The notes: generated by a model not told the origin, from the sequence alone. Shown: positions 12,735-24,597, numbered from the stretch's first letter. The stretch: DNA of 64,000 bases from Trichormus sp. ATA11-4-KO1 (GCA_019358915.1 JAHHIM010000004.1:115920-179919); one strand, 5' to 3'. A program made the numbers and translations.

Positions 12735-13919
12735 CTACCTATCGACAGATCCCATAATCACGTCAACACTGCCGAGAATCACGACAATATCTGCAACCTT
12801 CATTCCTCGGAGTAATTCGGGGACAATCTGGAGGTTGTTGAAATCTGCCGGGCGAATTTTCCACCGCCAGGGGAAGGCATTATCATCGCCAACTAGATAA
12901 ATTCCTAGTTCACCTTTACCGCTTTCCACCCGGGAGTAGATTTCACCTTTGGGCATTTTAAAGGTAGGGGAAACTTTTTTGCCGATGTATTGGTAATCAA
13001 AAGCGTCCCACTCGGATTTTTTCCCGGCAGCCATCCGCTTAGCTTCTAGGTTTTCGTAAGGACCTCCAGGTAGTCCTTTGATTGCTTGGCGAATAATCTT
13101 CACAGATTCGCGCATTTCTCGCATCCGCACTACGTAACGGGCGAAGCAATCCCCTGCGGTTTCCCAGTGGACATCCCAATCAAAGTCGTCGTAGCACTCG
13201 TAGTGGTCAACTTTCCGTAAATCCCATTTCACTCCAGAAGCGCGTAACATGGGGCCAGATAATCCCCAGTTAATTGCTTGTTCGCGGGTGATGGTGCCAA
13301 TACCCTCAACACGACGGCGGAAAATGGGGTTATTAGTTACCAAACGTTCGTATTCATCAACTTTGGGTAATAAGTAGTCGCAGAAGTCTAAGCATTTATC
13401 TACCCAACCATAAGGCAAATCAACGGCAACGCCACCAACTCGGAAATAATTATTGTTCACCATGCGATAGCCGGTAGCGGCTTCCCACAAATCATAAATC
13501 ATCTCCCGTTCCCGGAACTGGTAGAAGAAGGGAGTTTGTGCGCCTACGTCAGCTAGAAAGGGGCCAAACCACAATAAGTGATTGGCAATCCGATTTAGTT
13601 CTAGCATGATCACGCGGATGTAGCTGGCGCGTTTGGGAACAGCAACGCCTGCCAACTTTTCTGGGGCGTTGACGGTAACTGCTTCGTTAAACATGCCGGC
13701 GGCGTAGTCCCAACGACTAACGTAGGGAACGTACATGACAGTAGTCCGGTTCTCGGCAATTTTTTCCATTCCCCGGTGCAGGTAGCCGATGACTGGTTCA
13801 CAATCAACGACATCCTCGCCATCCAAAGTGACAATTAACCGCAGAACCCCGTGCATTGAGGGGTGGTGTGGCCCCATATTCAGCACCATAGGTTCGGTGC
13901 GGGTTTCTAGTCTTGCCAT
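12735..13919 (-). CDS. ndhH: NAD(P)H-quinone oxidoreductase (NDH-1) subunit H
   Basis: [25 protein letters not shown]-terminal GSVDR. Confidence 0.98.
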   Translation of the reverse strand: MARLETRTEPMVLNMGPHHPSMHGVLRLIVTLDGEDVVDCEPVIGYLHRGMEKIAENRTTVMYVPYVSRWDYAAGMFNEAVTVNAPEKLAGVAVPKRASYIRVIMLELNRIANHLLWFGPFLADVGAQTPFFYQFREREMIYDLWEAATGYRMVNNNYFRVGGVAVDLPYGWVDKCLDFCDYLLPKVDEYERLVTNNPIFRRRVEGIGTITREQAINWGLSGPMLRASGVKWDLRKVDHYECYDDFDWDVHWETAGDCFARYVVRMREMRESVKIIRQAIKGLPGGPYENLEAKRMAAGKKSEWDAFDYQYIGKKVSPTFKMPKGEIYSRVESGKGELGIYLVGDDNAFPWRWKIRPADFNNLQIVPELLRGMKVADIVVILGSVDVIMGSVDR

Positions 13920-14144
13920 AAGTTCTGTGTTCTCCGATTATGAAAATTTCAACTTGAATCGCGTTGATGCCCACCAGACCCGAATGATCGTATCTGCCAA
14001 AATCAGGTGTGTAAGAGAAATATTTTGGATAAGTCACCCTGGGGGCGTCTACATCTCTTACCCATACAGGAGTATGTTGGAGAGGGGTGGCAGCGAGGGG
14101 ATTTTACTTGATGTTTCATTTTTTTTCACTTCTTCAATTATTAT

Positions 14145-15035
14145 ATGGAGCTTGAGATTCAGGGAATTGTAGGCACGGAATTTCTTCATGTGCCGGTGCT
14201 AAGTCGGGAGGTCGTTGAGGGCTTGGCTATACGTCCTGGCGGGCATTATTTGGATGCGACGGTAGGCGGTGGCGGTCACAGTCGCCTGATTTTAGCAGCT
14301 GCACCGGATGTGCAACTAACAGCGATTGACCAAGATGCAGATGCTTTATTGGCGGCGCAGCAGCAGTTAGCTGAGTATGGAGAACGAGTACAATTTATTC
14401 TCAGTAATTTTGCGTCTTATAAATATACTCCTAACACTTTTGATGGCATTCTTGCTGATTTGGGGGTGAGTTCTTATCATCTAGACCAGCCGGAACGGGG
14501 TTTTAGTTTTCGCCACACCGCAAATCTGGATATGCGAATGGATCAGCGTCAATCGCTAACCGCAGCCGATGTAATTAATGAATGGGGTGAAGCAGAATTA
14601 GCCGATATTTTCTTTAAATATGGTGAGGAACGATTATCACGGCGCATTGCTAGACGCATTGTAGAAAGACGACCATTTCAGACCACCACAGAATTAGCTG
14701 AGGCGATCGCTTATGCTGTTCCCCCTAAATATCGTTATGGTCGAATTCACCCGGCTACTCGTGTTTTTCAAGCTTTACGAATTGTCGTCAACGATGAATT
14801 AAAGTCTTTAGAAACTTTTTTAGAAAAAGCACCCCATGCCCTTGTCCCTGGTGGGAGAATTGCCATTATTAGTTTTCACAGTCTAGAAGACCGCCCAGTC
14901 AAGCATGGTTTACGCAATTCACCTTTATTAAAGGTCTTGACAAAAAAACCAATTACTGCACAGGAAGAAGAACTAGAAAATAATCCGCGATCGCGTTCTG
15001 CGAAGTTGAGAATAGCTGAGAGATTGGGGGAGTAG
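14145..15035 (+). CDS. rsmH: 16S rRNA m4C1402 methyltransferase
   Basis: [51 protein letters not shown]. Confidence 0.97.
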   Translation: MELEIQGIVGTEFLHVPVLSREVVEGLAIRPGGHYLDATVGGGGHSRLILAAAPDVQLTAIDQDADALLAAQQQLAEYGERVQFILSNFASYKYTPNTFDGILADLGVSSYHLDQPERGFSFRHTANLDMRMDQRQSLTAADVINEWGEAELADIFFKYGEERLSRRIARRIVERRPFQTTTELAEAIAYAVPPKYRYGRIHPATRVFQALRIVVNDELKSLETFLEKAPHALVPGGRIAIISFHSLEDRPVKHGLRNSPLLKVLTKKPITAQEEELENNPRSRSAKLRIAERLGE

Positions 15036-15059
15036 GGGATAAATAAATCATAATTCCTG

Positions 15060-15090
15060 ACTCAGCACTCAGCACTCAGCACTCAGCACT
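15060..15090. repeat. STRR-type heptamer tandem repeat (ACTCAGC)n
   Basis: About four ACTCAGC units between convergent genes. Confidence 0.85.
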
Positions 15091-15092
15091 GA

Positions 15093-16001
15093 TTATGAGG
15101 AGAGCAAGAAATCCTGAATGGCTGTAAATACAATATCTGGGTATTCTTCATGCAATCCTAGGGAACCGGGAATGACAACGCTTTGCACACCTGGTAAAGC
15201 TGCAAGTGCGTTCATTTCTTCTCGTGATTTTGGCGGACTGGATTCGCCAATGACTACCATGAGGGGAACAGATAAAGATTCAACAAGTTCTAGAAAATCA
15301 GATTGCTGACGTACTGCATCAAGATTTCCTGTCACAAAAGCCGCAGATGCAAATCTAGCACCTGGTTTTTGCGTCGTTTGCCATTTCTTCTCGATGAAAC
15401 TGGGTGTGAGTTTAGCCTCATCGGTAAACACATGACGACGGTACATCCAACTTAAAAAGGATGGTGTGGTGTTGAGTTTGTAGAGTGCTTGACCTACTAT
15501 CGGCGATCGCACTAATCCTTTTACCATGTCAGCTATTTGATGATTTGCCCCCATTGTCGGCAAAGGGCCGCGCCAAGTGGGCGCTAACAAGGCAATCCGA
15601 GAAAAAATATCAGGTTGCTTTACAGCTAGTTGTAAAACGTAACTAGAAGCATGACCAGCCGCCACTACAGTAATGGGAGGATGAAAAATAGCTTTGACAA
15701 AATCTGCCAGAAAGTGCTGATATATTTCCGGTCGGTAATTTAAACTAGGACGAGAAGATTGTCCAAATCCAGGCCAGTCTACTACCGTAACTTGAAAATG
15801 ATCAGCAAGTAAATTGGCAAGTTCGCCCATCTCCGCACGCATAGAAACGCTGCTAAAGGCTGGTAGTAGTAAGAGGGGTGAACCTGTACCGAGGGTTTCA
15901 TAAATAATCCGTAATGGTTGGTTTTCCCAACTCCAGATATATTCTTGAACTACTCCACCGAATCCTACAGGATCATATGTTGATACTAAATTAGTTGACA
16001 T
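15093..16001 (-). CDS. Alpha/beta fold hydrolase family protein
   Basis: PLLLLPAFS, VDWPGFGQS, HEEYP. Confidence 0.8.
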   Translation of the reverse strand: MSTNLVSTYDPVGFGGVVQEYIWSWENQPLRIIYETLGTGSPLLLLPAFSSVSMRAEMGELANLLADHFQVTVVDWPGFGQSSRPSLNYRPEIYQHFLADFVKAIFHPPITVVAAGHASSYVLQLAVKQPDIFSRIALLAPTWRGPLPTMGANHQIADMVKGLVRSPIVGQALYKLNTTPSFLSWMYRRHVFTDEAKLTPSFIEKKWQTTQKPGARFASAAFVTGNLDAVRQQSDFLELVESLSVPLMVVIGESSPPKSREEMNALAALPGVQSVVIPGSLGLHEEYPDIVFTAIQDFLLSS

Positions 16002-16092
16002 TAGGCTAAATTTTAATTGTTATAGATATTTTAAAATTAGGAGTTAAAACTTCCTAACCCCTAAATCTGGAAATTTATCAACGCTTATCTGT

Positions 16093-16533
16093 TTAGCTAG
16101 GCATATCTAACTTACATTCCAGTGCTTTTTTTTGCATGGTTTTAAAAATGTTGTAAAATCCATTGGCACGGGAAGGCGTCAGGCTGACATTTAAACCAGT
16201 TTCTTGAATAAAATCTGGAGTGAGTTGCACAATGTCGCTGGGAGTGAGTCCATTTAATCCTTCAACCAAAAGTCCTACCAACCCTTTGGTTAACTGAGAA
16301 TCAGAATCACCCTGGTACACAACCTTATTGTCATCCAGTACTGCGGTGATATAAACCTGAGACACGCAACCAGGAACTTTGTTTTCTGGTACCTTGTCAG
16401 CTTCTGGAAAATCCTTGAGCTTCTGAGCATACCAGATTAGTTGTTCATAGCGTCGCTTCGGTTCGGTAGCACGTTGAAAGCGCTGGACGATTTTAGCGAG
16501 AGCAGGTGGCAAAGAATCGATCATTGAGGACAT
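16093..16533 (-). CDS. sufE: SufE family Fe-S assembly sulfur acceptor
   Basis: VPGCVSQV, GDSDS, LTPSRANGF; start placed at ATG 16533 rather than GTG 16563. Confidence 0.92.
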   Translation of the reverse strand: MSSMIDSLPPALAKIVQRFQRATEPKRRYEQLIWYAQKLKDFPEADKVPENKVPGCVSQVYITAVLDDNKVVYQGDSDSQLTKGLVGLLVEGLNGLTPSDIVQLTPDFIQETGLNVSLTPSRANGFYNIFKTMQKKALECKLDMPS

Positions 16534-16835
16534 AACAGAAGCTGCAAATAAAATCGGTCTCACTTTGAGTGTAGATTATCTGGCGAGCGATCGCGCCTTC
16601 ATTTCACTTGGGCGTAATCAGTATCACTAACTCTATTTTAGCGATCGCGGCTGGCGATGTAGTGCTGAGAAAGACTAAAATCACCGTTGCCATCAAGAAG
16701 CAGCAGAGCGCTAATTCTATTAAGGATTGAAAATAACTGTTAAATATTGATGCAAAATTAGGATTTTTCTTGAATTTACTTCGGAAATATTTAGATTATG
16801 TTTTCAACCATTAAAAATTTTCTGGAGCAAATCAG

Positions 16836-17096
16836 GTGTTTACTTCGACCTTACTCGCTGCTGTGACCACACCCCTGGAATGGAGTCCTACTGTTGGTGT
16901 AATTATGATTCTGGCTAATATCATTGCCATTGCCTTTGGCAAATTAACCATCAAGTATCCCAGCGCCGAACCAGCCTTACCTTCAGCTAATTTTTTTGGT
17001 GGATTTGGTTTACCTGCGGTACTGGCAACTGCTTCCTTTGGTCATGTTTTAGGAGCAGGTATAATTTTAGGACTGCATAACATCGGTAGAATCTAG
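16836..17096 (+). CDS. psaK: Photosystem I subunit PsaK
   Basis: WSPTVGVIM and LATASFGHVLGAGIILGL; two TM helices. Confidence 0.92.
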   Translation: MFTSTLLAAVTTPLEWSPTVGVIMILANIIAIAFGKLTIKYPSAEPALPSANFFGGFGLPAVLATASFGHVLGAGIILGLHNIGRI

Positions 17097-17156
17097 TATC
17101 GTTGTGCAGAATTTAGGTATTTTCAATTAGTGATGGCTTTTTTGTCCAAATTTATT

Positions 17157-17185
17157 AGCTGGAGAGTAATTTCTCTAGCTTTTTT
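17157..17185 (+). terminator. Intrinsic terminator downstream of psaK
   Basis: AGCTGGAGA/TCTCTAGCT stem followed by a T run. Confidence 0.6.
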
Positions 17186-17206
17186 ATTCCTCCAATAGCT
17201 TGTTGC

Positions 17207-20092
17207 TTAATGAGATGTTGCTGTTTCGGGAATATAACTAATAATTTCTGCCAAGGTTTTTAATAGTTCTTGCTCGTTGTAAGGTTTAGAAAAATAAGCT
17301 CTTGCCCCTAATTGCATGGCTAATTGTCGATGTTTATTGCTGCTGCGAGAAGTCAGCATAGCAACTGGAATATGTTTCATATCTATGTGGGAATTGATGC
17401 GATCTAAGAAGCCATAACCATCGAGGCGAGGCATTTCAATATCACAAATGACTGCTGCGACTTTCAAGCCACTTTCTAGTTTTTCTAGGGCATCTTGACC
17501 ATCTTTTGCTTGTTCTACTTGATACCCTCCTTTTTCTAAAGTTAAAGCTAAGAAACGGCGGACATTAATTGAGTCATCAATGATTAAAATTGTGCCTTTT
17601 TGATTGGTAGGGGTTACTGGTAATTTGTTATTATCAAAGAATAGAAATGGTGTTTTTAATCTAACTGATGGTAATTGATTGTTTTTAGGAGTGCGTTGAT
17701 TGCTAGCAATCCAATATAGCAATTCGTTAGTACTAACTAATGCTAAAACTCGACCATCACCCAGAATTGTGCAGTTACTAAAACCTGCGGGTAAAGGTAT
17801 ATTGCCCTCGACTTGGCGGATAGCTACTTCTTGTTCTCCCCAGCAACGGTCTACTTGGATAGCGACTGGCTGATTATTACCTTTAACTATTAAGATGCTA
17901 CTAGCATTTATAGCTGGAGGCGTTTCTAGTTCTGGGTGATCGTAGCGTGGACAATTAAACTCGAAGTAGCGACCAAGGCGAATCAATGGCAACATAGTTC
18001 CTTGCCAGTTGAGAACTTCGCTACCTGCCATTGAAAAGACTCGCTCGTTTTGCAGTAAAAATATTTCGGAAACGACTTCTGTGGGAAATGCCAATAACAT
18101 CTTATTGCTTTCTACCAGCAGTACTCGTGCTACGGAAAGTGTAAATGGTACTGACAAAGTAAAGGTAGTACCAACTCCCAACTCAGTATCAACTGTAATC
18201 TCTCCTCGCACCGATTTTAGGTTATTGCGAACTACATCCATGCCAACACCACGACCAGATAAGGCGGTTACTTGGTCGGAAGTGCTAAACCCTGGTTCAA
18301 AAATCAGTGATAATAGTTCTTCATCGCTAGCACTGGCAACTAAAGCAGCATCTAATCCCATTGCTACGGCGCGGGAGCGAATTTTATCTAAGGAAATGCC
18401 CCGGCCATCATCACGCATTGTAATGATGGTGCGGTTACTGCGGTAAGTAGCTGTAATTTCAATTAATCCTTGTTCTGGTTTACCCAAAATGTGGCGGGTG
18501 GCCGAGTCTTCGATACCATGATCAAAGGCATTTCTTAATAAGTGCATGATCGGCTCATTCAAAGCCTCTAAAATGCTACGCTCAATTAAGGTATTGCCAC
18601 CTTCAACTTTTAATTGAACATTTTTTCCATACTCGATATTCAGGTCACGCAAGGCTCTAGGAAAACGCTCGACTAAATCGGATATGGGACGCATCCGAAT
18701 ATGTGTAAGTTTTGTTTGTAACTGTTTCGATGTTTTATTGAGTTTGCGAGCAATATGATCTGTATCATCAACGCTTAATTGAATGTCATTTGTAACTTCC
18801 TGTACTTGAACAATGGTTTCCATAACCTCCTGCGATCGCAGGTTGATTTCGTTATAGCGATCCATTTCTAAGGCATCAAATTTTTCTATATTTTCTAGAT
18901 GATTTTCTCCTAGCAATCGCCCCGCAAATTTTCTGGCAGCTTGAGTGGCAATTTTGTCATAGTTTGTCCGCAATTCATGATTTTCTCGGTCAAGAATTTG
19001 CACTCGCTGATTCAAATTACGCACGAGTTTCCGCAATTTTTCTAATTGAGAGTTTAATCCATTGCGCTGGATAATCAATTCCCCAAATAAGTCATTAATT
19101 TGCTCCAGTTGTTTACTAGGAACTCGGACGGTATTTTCTTGAATTTCCCGGTCTTTACCAACACTATTTATCTCACTTGTGTGTTCAACAAATTTGTAGT
19201 CTGCGATGGTATTTGGTTCTGGAAAATTAACAGTAATTTCTTCATCTTGCAGCCAAGTTTCTGATGGCATCATGGCTATTTCTAGAGGTGCTGTGTTAGC
19301 TGCTGGGGCTACTACTGCACCAGGTTCGATTTTTGTTGGTAGACTATCTTTTTGATTTGTCAGCACCAAAGCTTGCGATCGCCGCCATGCTTGCAATGCT
19401 AATTGAGCAATTTCGGGAATGCGTTCAGGGAATGCTGTTCCCATGTGATGCGCTATTGACTCACAAAGATTGGTAAAAGCTGGCAATTGCAGCATTTCCC
19501 CCAAACCGCCCAATTCGGCTGCCATGATCACAATTTCTTCTTGTAAACAAGGCTGCTCACTATCTGCTAAGACAGATTCTAAACGCTGCAAACATCCTTC
19601 TACTTCGGTTGCAAACAGCATGGGAATAATATCTTGCCCATCTTCTGGAGATAGCATAGTTGAGGCATCTTCAGGGGCAGGTTCACCCAAGCGATCGCGC
19701 AGTTCGTCAAAGACTGGATAACAAAAGGTTGCTAACCACTGCTCTTCGATCACATTTCCTTGTGATAATAATTCTAATATTTGCCGTAGCCAGTCAACTC
19801 CAGATAGCAGTAAAGTTTGTAACTGCGTATCAATCTCTAGCGAATTTTTGCGGGTTTTTAAAACTTTGAAAGAATCTTCTAGCCGATGAGCTAAATCACT
19901 CAGCGCCCGAAATCCCATCATCCCCGCACCGCCTTTGATGGAATGAGCGGCTCGCAGTGCGCCATTAATTTTATCTAAATCGATACGGTTACTGGTGTTA
20001 ATTTCCAGCAATACTGCTTCTAAAGTATTGATGTAATCTGTCGCTTCTTCCAGAAACTGTATCTGGATTTCCAGTTCTTTATTTTTTGACAT
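17207..20092 (-). CDS. CheA-like hybrid histidine kinase (PixL/PilL type): HPt, HATPase, CheW, REC
   Basis: AAHSIKGGAG, HLLRNAFDHGIE, DDGRG, SGRGVGMDVV, C-terminal receiver domain. Confidence 0.93.
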   Translation of the reverse strand: MSKNKELEIQIQFLEEATDYINTLEAVLLEINTSNRIDLDKINGALRAAHSIKGGAGMMGFRALSDLAHRLEDSFKVLKTRKNSLEIDTQLQTLLLSGVDWLRQILELLSQGNVIEEQWLATFCYPVFDELRDRLGEPAPEDASTMLSPEDGQDIIPMLFATEVEGCLQRLESVLADSEQPCLQEEIVIMAAELGGLGEMLQLPAFTNLCESIAHHMGTAFPERIPEIAQLALQAWRRSQALVLTNQKDSLPTKIEPGAVVAPAANTAPLEIAMMPSETWLQDEEITVNFPEPNTIADYKFVEHTSEINSVGKDREIQENTVRVPSKQLEQINDLFGELIIQRNGLNSQLEKLRKLVRNLNQRVQILDRENHELRTNYDKIATQAARKFAGRLLGENHLENIEKFDALEMDRYNEINLRSQEVMETIVQVQEVTNDIQLSVDDTDHIARKLNKTSKQLQTKLTHIRMRPISDLVERFPRALRDLNIEYGKNVQLKVEGGNTLIERSILEALNEPIMHLLRNAFDHGIEDSATRHILGKPEQGLIEITATYRSNRTIITMRDDGRGISLDKIRSRAVAMGLDAALVASASDEELLSLIFEPGFSTSDQVTALSGRGVGMDVVRNNLKSVRGEITVDTELGVGTTFTLSVPFTLSVARVLLVESNKMLLAFPTEVVSEIFLLQNERVFSMAGSEVLNWQGTMLPLIRLGRYFEFNCPRYDHPELETPPAINASSILIVKGNNQPVAIQVDRCWGEQEVAIRQVEGNIPLPAGFSNCTILGDGRVLALVSTNELLYWIASNQRTPKNNQLPSVRLKTPFLFFDNNKLPVTPTNQKGTILIIDDSINVRRFLALTLEKGGYQVEQAKDGQDALEKLESGLKVAAVICDIEMPRLDGYGFLDRINSHIDMKHIPVAMLTSRSSNKHRQLAMQLGARAYFSKPYNEQELLKTLAEIISYIPETATSH

Positions 20093-20161
20093 AGTTTTTA
20101 TGATTTAGTCATTAGTCATTAGTTAGTTATTCTCCCAATTCCCTTGTCTCCACTTCCTAAC

Positions 20162-22408
20162 TCAATTAACCTTGAAAGTTTCGACAGTTTCTTGCAATTG
20201 CTGGGAAATTTCTACGGTTTGGTGCAGAGATGCGGAAACCAGACGTGAAGAATCTCTGGTACGTTGAGAAATGGCAGCGATATCTTGCATTAATTGACTT
20301 ACAGATTGAGATGTTTGTAATTGAGATGCCGTTGCTGTAGAAATCGACTGTACTAAGGAATCTATTTGCCGCGATACATCCAAAATCTGACTCAGGCTTT
20401 GCTTTGCCTCTTCCACAATTTGGGTACCTTCTACTACTTGAGAAGTGCCTATCTCCATAGCCTGCACCACTTCGCTGGTTTCCCGTTGGATGTTTTTGAC
20501 AATTTGCTCAATTTCTTGAGTAGCTGCGGCACTGCGGACTGCTAATTCGCCGACTTCTTCAGCTACTACCGCAAAACCTTGACCTTCTTCACCAGCGCGC
20601 GCTGCTTCAATACCGGCGTTAATAGCGAGTAAGTTGGTTTGGGTGGCGATTTGGTTAATTAAGGAGACCACGCGAGAAATTTGTTGAGAAGATTCTCCCA
20701 AACGCTTCACTTTTTTGGCAGTGTCTCCAACGGTTTCCCGTAAACACAAAATGTTTTGTACTGTCAAATCCATTGCTTTTCCACTCTTAGTGGCGGTGTT
20801 AGCAGCGTGGTTAGCGACAACAGCAGCTTGTTGGGCGTTTTCGGCTACGCTTTTCATAGAATAAGTCATTTGGTCAACTGCATCTAGGGTGCGGTTGATT
20901 TCGGCAGCTTGGGTGAGTGCGGCCTCTGCTAGTTCACGAATTGCGCCTTCGTTGTCACCAATTGCCCCATTTACTTGGGTAGCAGCTTGTTTAACTTGGG
21001 TGACAATATCCCGAAGACTTTCCACAATGGAGTTGAAAAAGTCGGCAACTGTACCAATTTCCCCAGATGTCACGTCTGCACGTACTGTCAGGTCACCTCT
21101 AGCAGCACCTTCTACCTGATTGAGTAGTTCTAAAAGTTGTAGTTGTAGGATTTGCTCAGAACTTTGTTCTCCAGTATTTCTGGCTTGTTGTGTGACTTCT
21201 TGTTGTTTGACCAAGACCTGTAATTGAGCGGCTATTTGGTTAATATTGGCACTGATTACCCCTAACTCATCTTCTCTTGTTGTTTGACAGCGAGTATCGA
21301 GTTCACCTTGACCGAGCTTTGATAATGCCGCCGCCGCATTTAAAATTGGCTGTGTGGTACGCTTGGCTAACCAAACTGCGATCGCAGCTGCGATGAATGC
21401 TATCAGAACTGTGCCAATTACTATTGTTTGCAGCAATTGACTTCGCGGCTTAAATGCCGTTGCGGCATCTGTAGTCAAAAGGAAGCGCCAGTTTAAATCT
21501 GGTAAGCTGTCCAGTTTTCCAGATGGTACATAACTAACTAATTCTGGCTTTTGATTAATTGTTTGAACTGTAGTGAAACTATCTGCCTTGTTTGTTGCTA
21601 GCAGATTAGCTAAGCCGGGATATTCTGCACCCAATAATGCTTTTTGAGGAGTTAGAAAAACTTTTCCTGATTTATCAAGTAAATAATATTTACTTCCATT
21701 GGCTGCATTATGATTAATCATCTCGGCTAAAGATGTCACAGGCATACTTGCTTGTACAACAGCAATGTTTTTGCCTGTGATTACATCTTTTACAGGTGCA
21801 GTGATATTAATAACTGATTTTTCTGGCTGACTAATAACAGGAACATCTGTTTGCAGAATTTCCTGAAAATATTTACGGTCTTGGGAATTATCTAAAGTTT
21901 CGCGGGGAGACTGGACAATTAAATTACCTTTGATATCAAAAATCGCTAGACTATTGTATGCTTTGTCAGCTTCAACTATGCGGTCTAGGGCTGCTTGCTT
22001 TCTTTGAGTTGTAGTATTTTCATTAACTAACGATAGATTAGCTAGTATTTGTATATCTTCGTACTGTCCCAACATCAAGCGGTTTAACTTGTCTGTTAAA
22101 CTAGTAGCTGCGGCTACATGAGATTGGCTAATTTGTTTAGTCATCGATTGATGGGCAATACTATAGGCGATCGCACCTATGCCGAAAGTTGGTAGAATGC
22201 CGAGCGCGATCGCTAAAATTGTCGCTTTTGTCTCTAAGCTGAGTCGCTGGAAATATCCAATCAAATGATTTTGGGAAAAATTATTAGTTGTTGCCGAATT
22301 CAGCTTACTTAGTAGGTCTACTTTACTATCAGTAACTTTGTGGGATGAAATCAAAGATGCCCGTTTTTGAGTATCACTACTCTTAGCCATGTCAGTTTTA
22401 TTAAACAT
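20162..22408 (-). CDS. Methyl-accepting chemotaxis protein (TM-Cache-TM-HAMP-HAMP-MA)
   Basis: [30 protein letters not shown], two TM helices, [17 protein letters not shown]. Confidence 0.93.
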   Translation of the reverse strand: MFNKTDMAKSSDTQKRASLISSHKVTDSKVDLLSKLNSATTNNFSQNHLIGYFQRLSLETKATILAIALGILPTFGIGAIAYSIAHQSMTKQISQSHVAAATSLTDKLNRLMLGQYEDIQILANLSLVNENTTTQRKQAALDRIVEADKAYNSLAIFDIKGNLIVQSPRETLDNSQDRKYFQEILQTDVPVISQPEKSVINITAPVKDVITGKNIAVVQASMPVTSLAEMINHNAANGSKYYLLDKSGKVFLTPQKALLGAEYPGLANLLATNKADSFTTVQTINQKPELVSYVPSGKLDSLPDLNWRFLLTTDAATAFKPRSQLLQTIVIGTVLIAFIAAAIAVWLAKRTTQPILNAAAALSKLGQGELDTRCQTTREDELGVISANINQIAAQLQVLVKQQEVTQQARNTGEQSSEQILQLQLLELLNQVEGAARGDLTVRADVTSGEIGTVADFFNSIVESLRDIVTQVKQAATQVNGAIGDNEGAIRELAEAALTQAAEINRTLDAVDQMTYSMKSVAENAQQAAVVANHAANTATKSGKAMDLTVQNILCLRETVGDTAKKVKRLGESSQQISRVVSLINQIATQTNLLAINAGIEAARAGEEGQGFAVVAEEVGELAVRSAAATQEIEQIVKNIQRETSEVVQAMEIGTSQVVEGTQIVEEAKQSLSQILDVSRQIDSLVQSISTATASQLQTSQSVSQLMQDIAAISQRTRDSSRLVSASLHQTVEISQQLQETVETFKVN

Positions 22409-22466
22409 ACTCTAATTCGCTGTAATAGGTAAATGAGAACACTAAAAATCTGTCTTTTAGTAGCAC

Positions 22467-22964
22467 CTAATCACTGCGGAGAATAGGCGAATGCACAATA
22501 GCTTGTGCATCTAATACCAACAATATTTCTCCTTGTTGGACAACACATCCATGTAGATAAGGAACTAAACTAGATGCTACTTGTCCCACAGGAGAATGAA
22601 TATCATCAGGCATAAACTTAGTTGTACCTTTGATTTCTTGTACGACTAAGCCTAAAAGCAGTGATTCCACCTTGATAACGATGACATTATACTGCCGTAA
22701 TCGATGATCGAGGAATTCTAAATTGAGCATTCTGGGTAAATCAACTGCCCAAATTATGCGACTCCGCCAATTCATTAATCCTAGTATGCAGGGCAACATA
22801 TTAGGCATGGAAGTTACAGATTCAACAGGTAAAATAACTGCTTCTTGTGTGTAATTCATTGACAAAAGAGCAGTAGTCTGTTGATTGAGTTGAAACTTCA
22901 GATAGCCTTCTCCCAACTTATTTTGGCTTGTTTTTTTTGCAAGTATAATTCTAGAGTTATTCAT
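22467..22964 (-). CDS. CheW-like coupling protein
   Basis: MPNM..CILGLMNWRSRIIWAVDL; position in the operon. Confidence 0.9.
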   Translation of the reverse strand: MNNSRIILAKKTSQNKLGEGYLKFQLNQQTTALLSMNYTQEAVILPVESVTSMPNMLPCILGLMNWRSRIIWAVDLPRMLNLEFLDHRLRQYNVIVIKVESLLLGLVVQEIKGTTKFMPDDIHSPVGQVASSLVPYLHGCVVQQGEILLVLDAQAIVHSPILRSD

Positions 22965-22968
22965 TGAT

Positions 22969-23346
22969 TTAAATTACCACTGATTTAATTGCACGCAGTA
23001 ACTGTTCGCGTGTATATGGCTTAGTGATATAGACATCAGCACCTTGTTTCATCGCCCATAATCGGTCAATTTCCTGATTCTTAGAACTGCAAATAACTAT
23101 CGGCACTTTTTGAGTTATCGGATTTTTTTTGAGAGAACGGCATAACTCAAATCCACTCATTCCTGGCATAACTACATCAGTAATTATTACATCTGGTTTT
23201 TGTGAAATAGCTTTTTCTAAAGCTTCTTTTGCACCATTAGCTTTAATGATATTGCAACCACTTTCCTTGAGATAATAGCTCATGAGTTCTAATTCACTTG
23301 GTGAATCTTCTACAATCAAAATTGTGCTAACTAAGGTAATATTCAT
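22969..23346 (-). CDS. CheY-like single-domain response regulator
   Basis: IVEDS, ITDVVMPGMSGFELC, YITKP; start placed at ATG 23346. Confidence 0.92.
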   Translation of the reverse strand: MNITLVSTILIVEDSPSELELMSYYLKESGCNIIKANGAKEALEKAISQKPDVIITDVVMPGMSGFELCRSLKKNPITQKVPIVICSSKNQEIDRLWAMKQGADVYITKPYTREQLLRAIKSVVI

Positions 23347-23417
23347 GCTGCAATCTCCTAAAAAAATAGATGTAAATAAACATCGAATTGCTATTTTTTG
23401 GCTCAATTCTTATTAAA

Positions 23418-24485
23418 TTAGCCTATGTGTTTAAACACCATTTTTAGCAGTTCTGGTTGTGTAAAAGGCTTAGTTAAGTAGCCTGATGCTCTGACCATCT
23501 TTGCCTTGGCTCGGTCGATAAATCCTGTCCGACCAGTTACCATAATGATTGGTATATTTCTAAAAGCTGAGTGTCTCCGTAATAAGGCACATAATTCATA
23601 GCCATCTAAATTAGGCATTTCCACGTCTAATAAAATGAGGTCTGGTTTGCTGCGGAGAATTTGCATCAAAGCCTTGACTGGATCGTTGATTGTCACCACT
23701 GAAAATGTGTTTTCATCCAAAAAAAGTTTGATGGAATTCAACACTGTTTGACTATCATCAATACAGGCAATGGTATATAATTTATTTCTAATAAGTGACT
23801 CGTCAGTTTTTTTATTCCTGTTTTCAGAAATATCAAAATTATTCGCTCCGGGAAATTGTTGATCATTTTGAGATAGTGAATGAGTTTGCGGCGGCTTTGT
23901 TGTGGATAAAACTTGAGAACCCTTCCCAGCATTAACTGGTGACTGGATATTTTGCCGATGTCGTAACTGCTTTTGACAGCATTCGACTATTAACCGCAAA
24001 TCCAAATGACAAAATTTTGGTAATTCATCCCAGGAACTCTCAGGCGAAAATTCATAACTCCCTTCCTTTAAAGCCAGAAATGACTCCAGCACTTCTTTAG
24101 CCAATTCCTCTATTAAGGTTGCTGCTTGTGTAGGGGTAAGGTATTCCTGATTTATCAGCCAGCAAATTGCTTGATAATCGGCATATGGTATGGACTGATT
24201 TTCACTTTTCGGCTCAAACATCAGCCGCACCTGTATACGAGTGGCGCTGTTGAGAGCAGGAATATTTTGACTTAAGCGCCGCAAATGACTATCAAGCCGC
24301 TCAAAAAGTCGATGTGAATAAGAAGCATAAGTAAGTTTACCTGCTTCTAGATTAATTGACCAAGCAGCTTTTTCAGTAAATACACGTAAACAACCAGTAG
24401 CTTGGCGACTAGTGAGTTGTGCTAACAAAGATAAGGGATGTAGTTTCTGGAGTAACCAGTAGCTACCTATAGAAGTTGTGCTCAT
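23418..24485 (-). CDS. PatA-family response regulator (PATAN + REC)
   Basis: N-terminal TGCLRV..W..GKLTYA PATAN-like region and C-terminal ACIDDS/LLDVEMP/LTKPF. Confidence 0.88.
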   Translation of the reverse strand: MSTTSIGSYWLLQKLHPLSLLAQLTSRQATGCLRVFTEKAAWSINLEAGKLTYASYSHRLFERLDSHLRRLSQNIPALNSATRIQVRLMFEPKSENQSIPYADYQAICWLINQEYLTPTQAATLIEELAKEVLESFLALKEGSYEFSPESSWDELPKFCHLDLRLIVECCQKQLRHRQNIQSPVNAGKGSQVLSTTKPPQTHSLSQNDQQFPGANNFDISENRNKKTDESLIRNKLYTIACIDDSQTVLNSIKLFLDENTFSVVTINDPVKALMQILRSKPDLILLDVEMPNLDGYELCALLRRHSAFRNIPIIMVTGRTGFIDRAKAKMVRASGYLTKPFTQPELLKMVFKHIG

Positions 24486-24575
24486 TTTGCTTTTACTTCA
24501 GCTAAATTCAATACGTATAAGCTAAATTTGTGCGGAAGCTTGGCCACAATTCCCCATAAATATTAGTTAATCGCG

Positions 24576-24597
24576 TTTTGTAGTATCAAATACAAAA
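24576..24597. promoter_or_regulatory. Candidate NtcA-binding site
   Basis: TTTTGTA-GTATCAAA-TACAAAA (GTA-N8-TAC with palindromic A/T flanks) about 95 nt upstream of the PatA-family gene. Confidence 0.5.
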
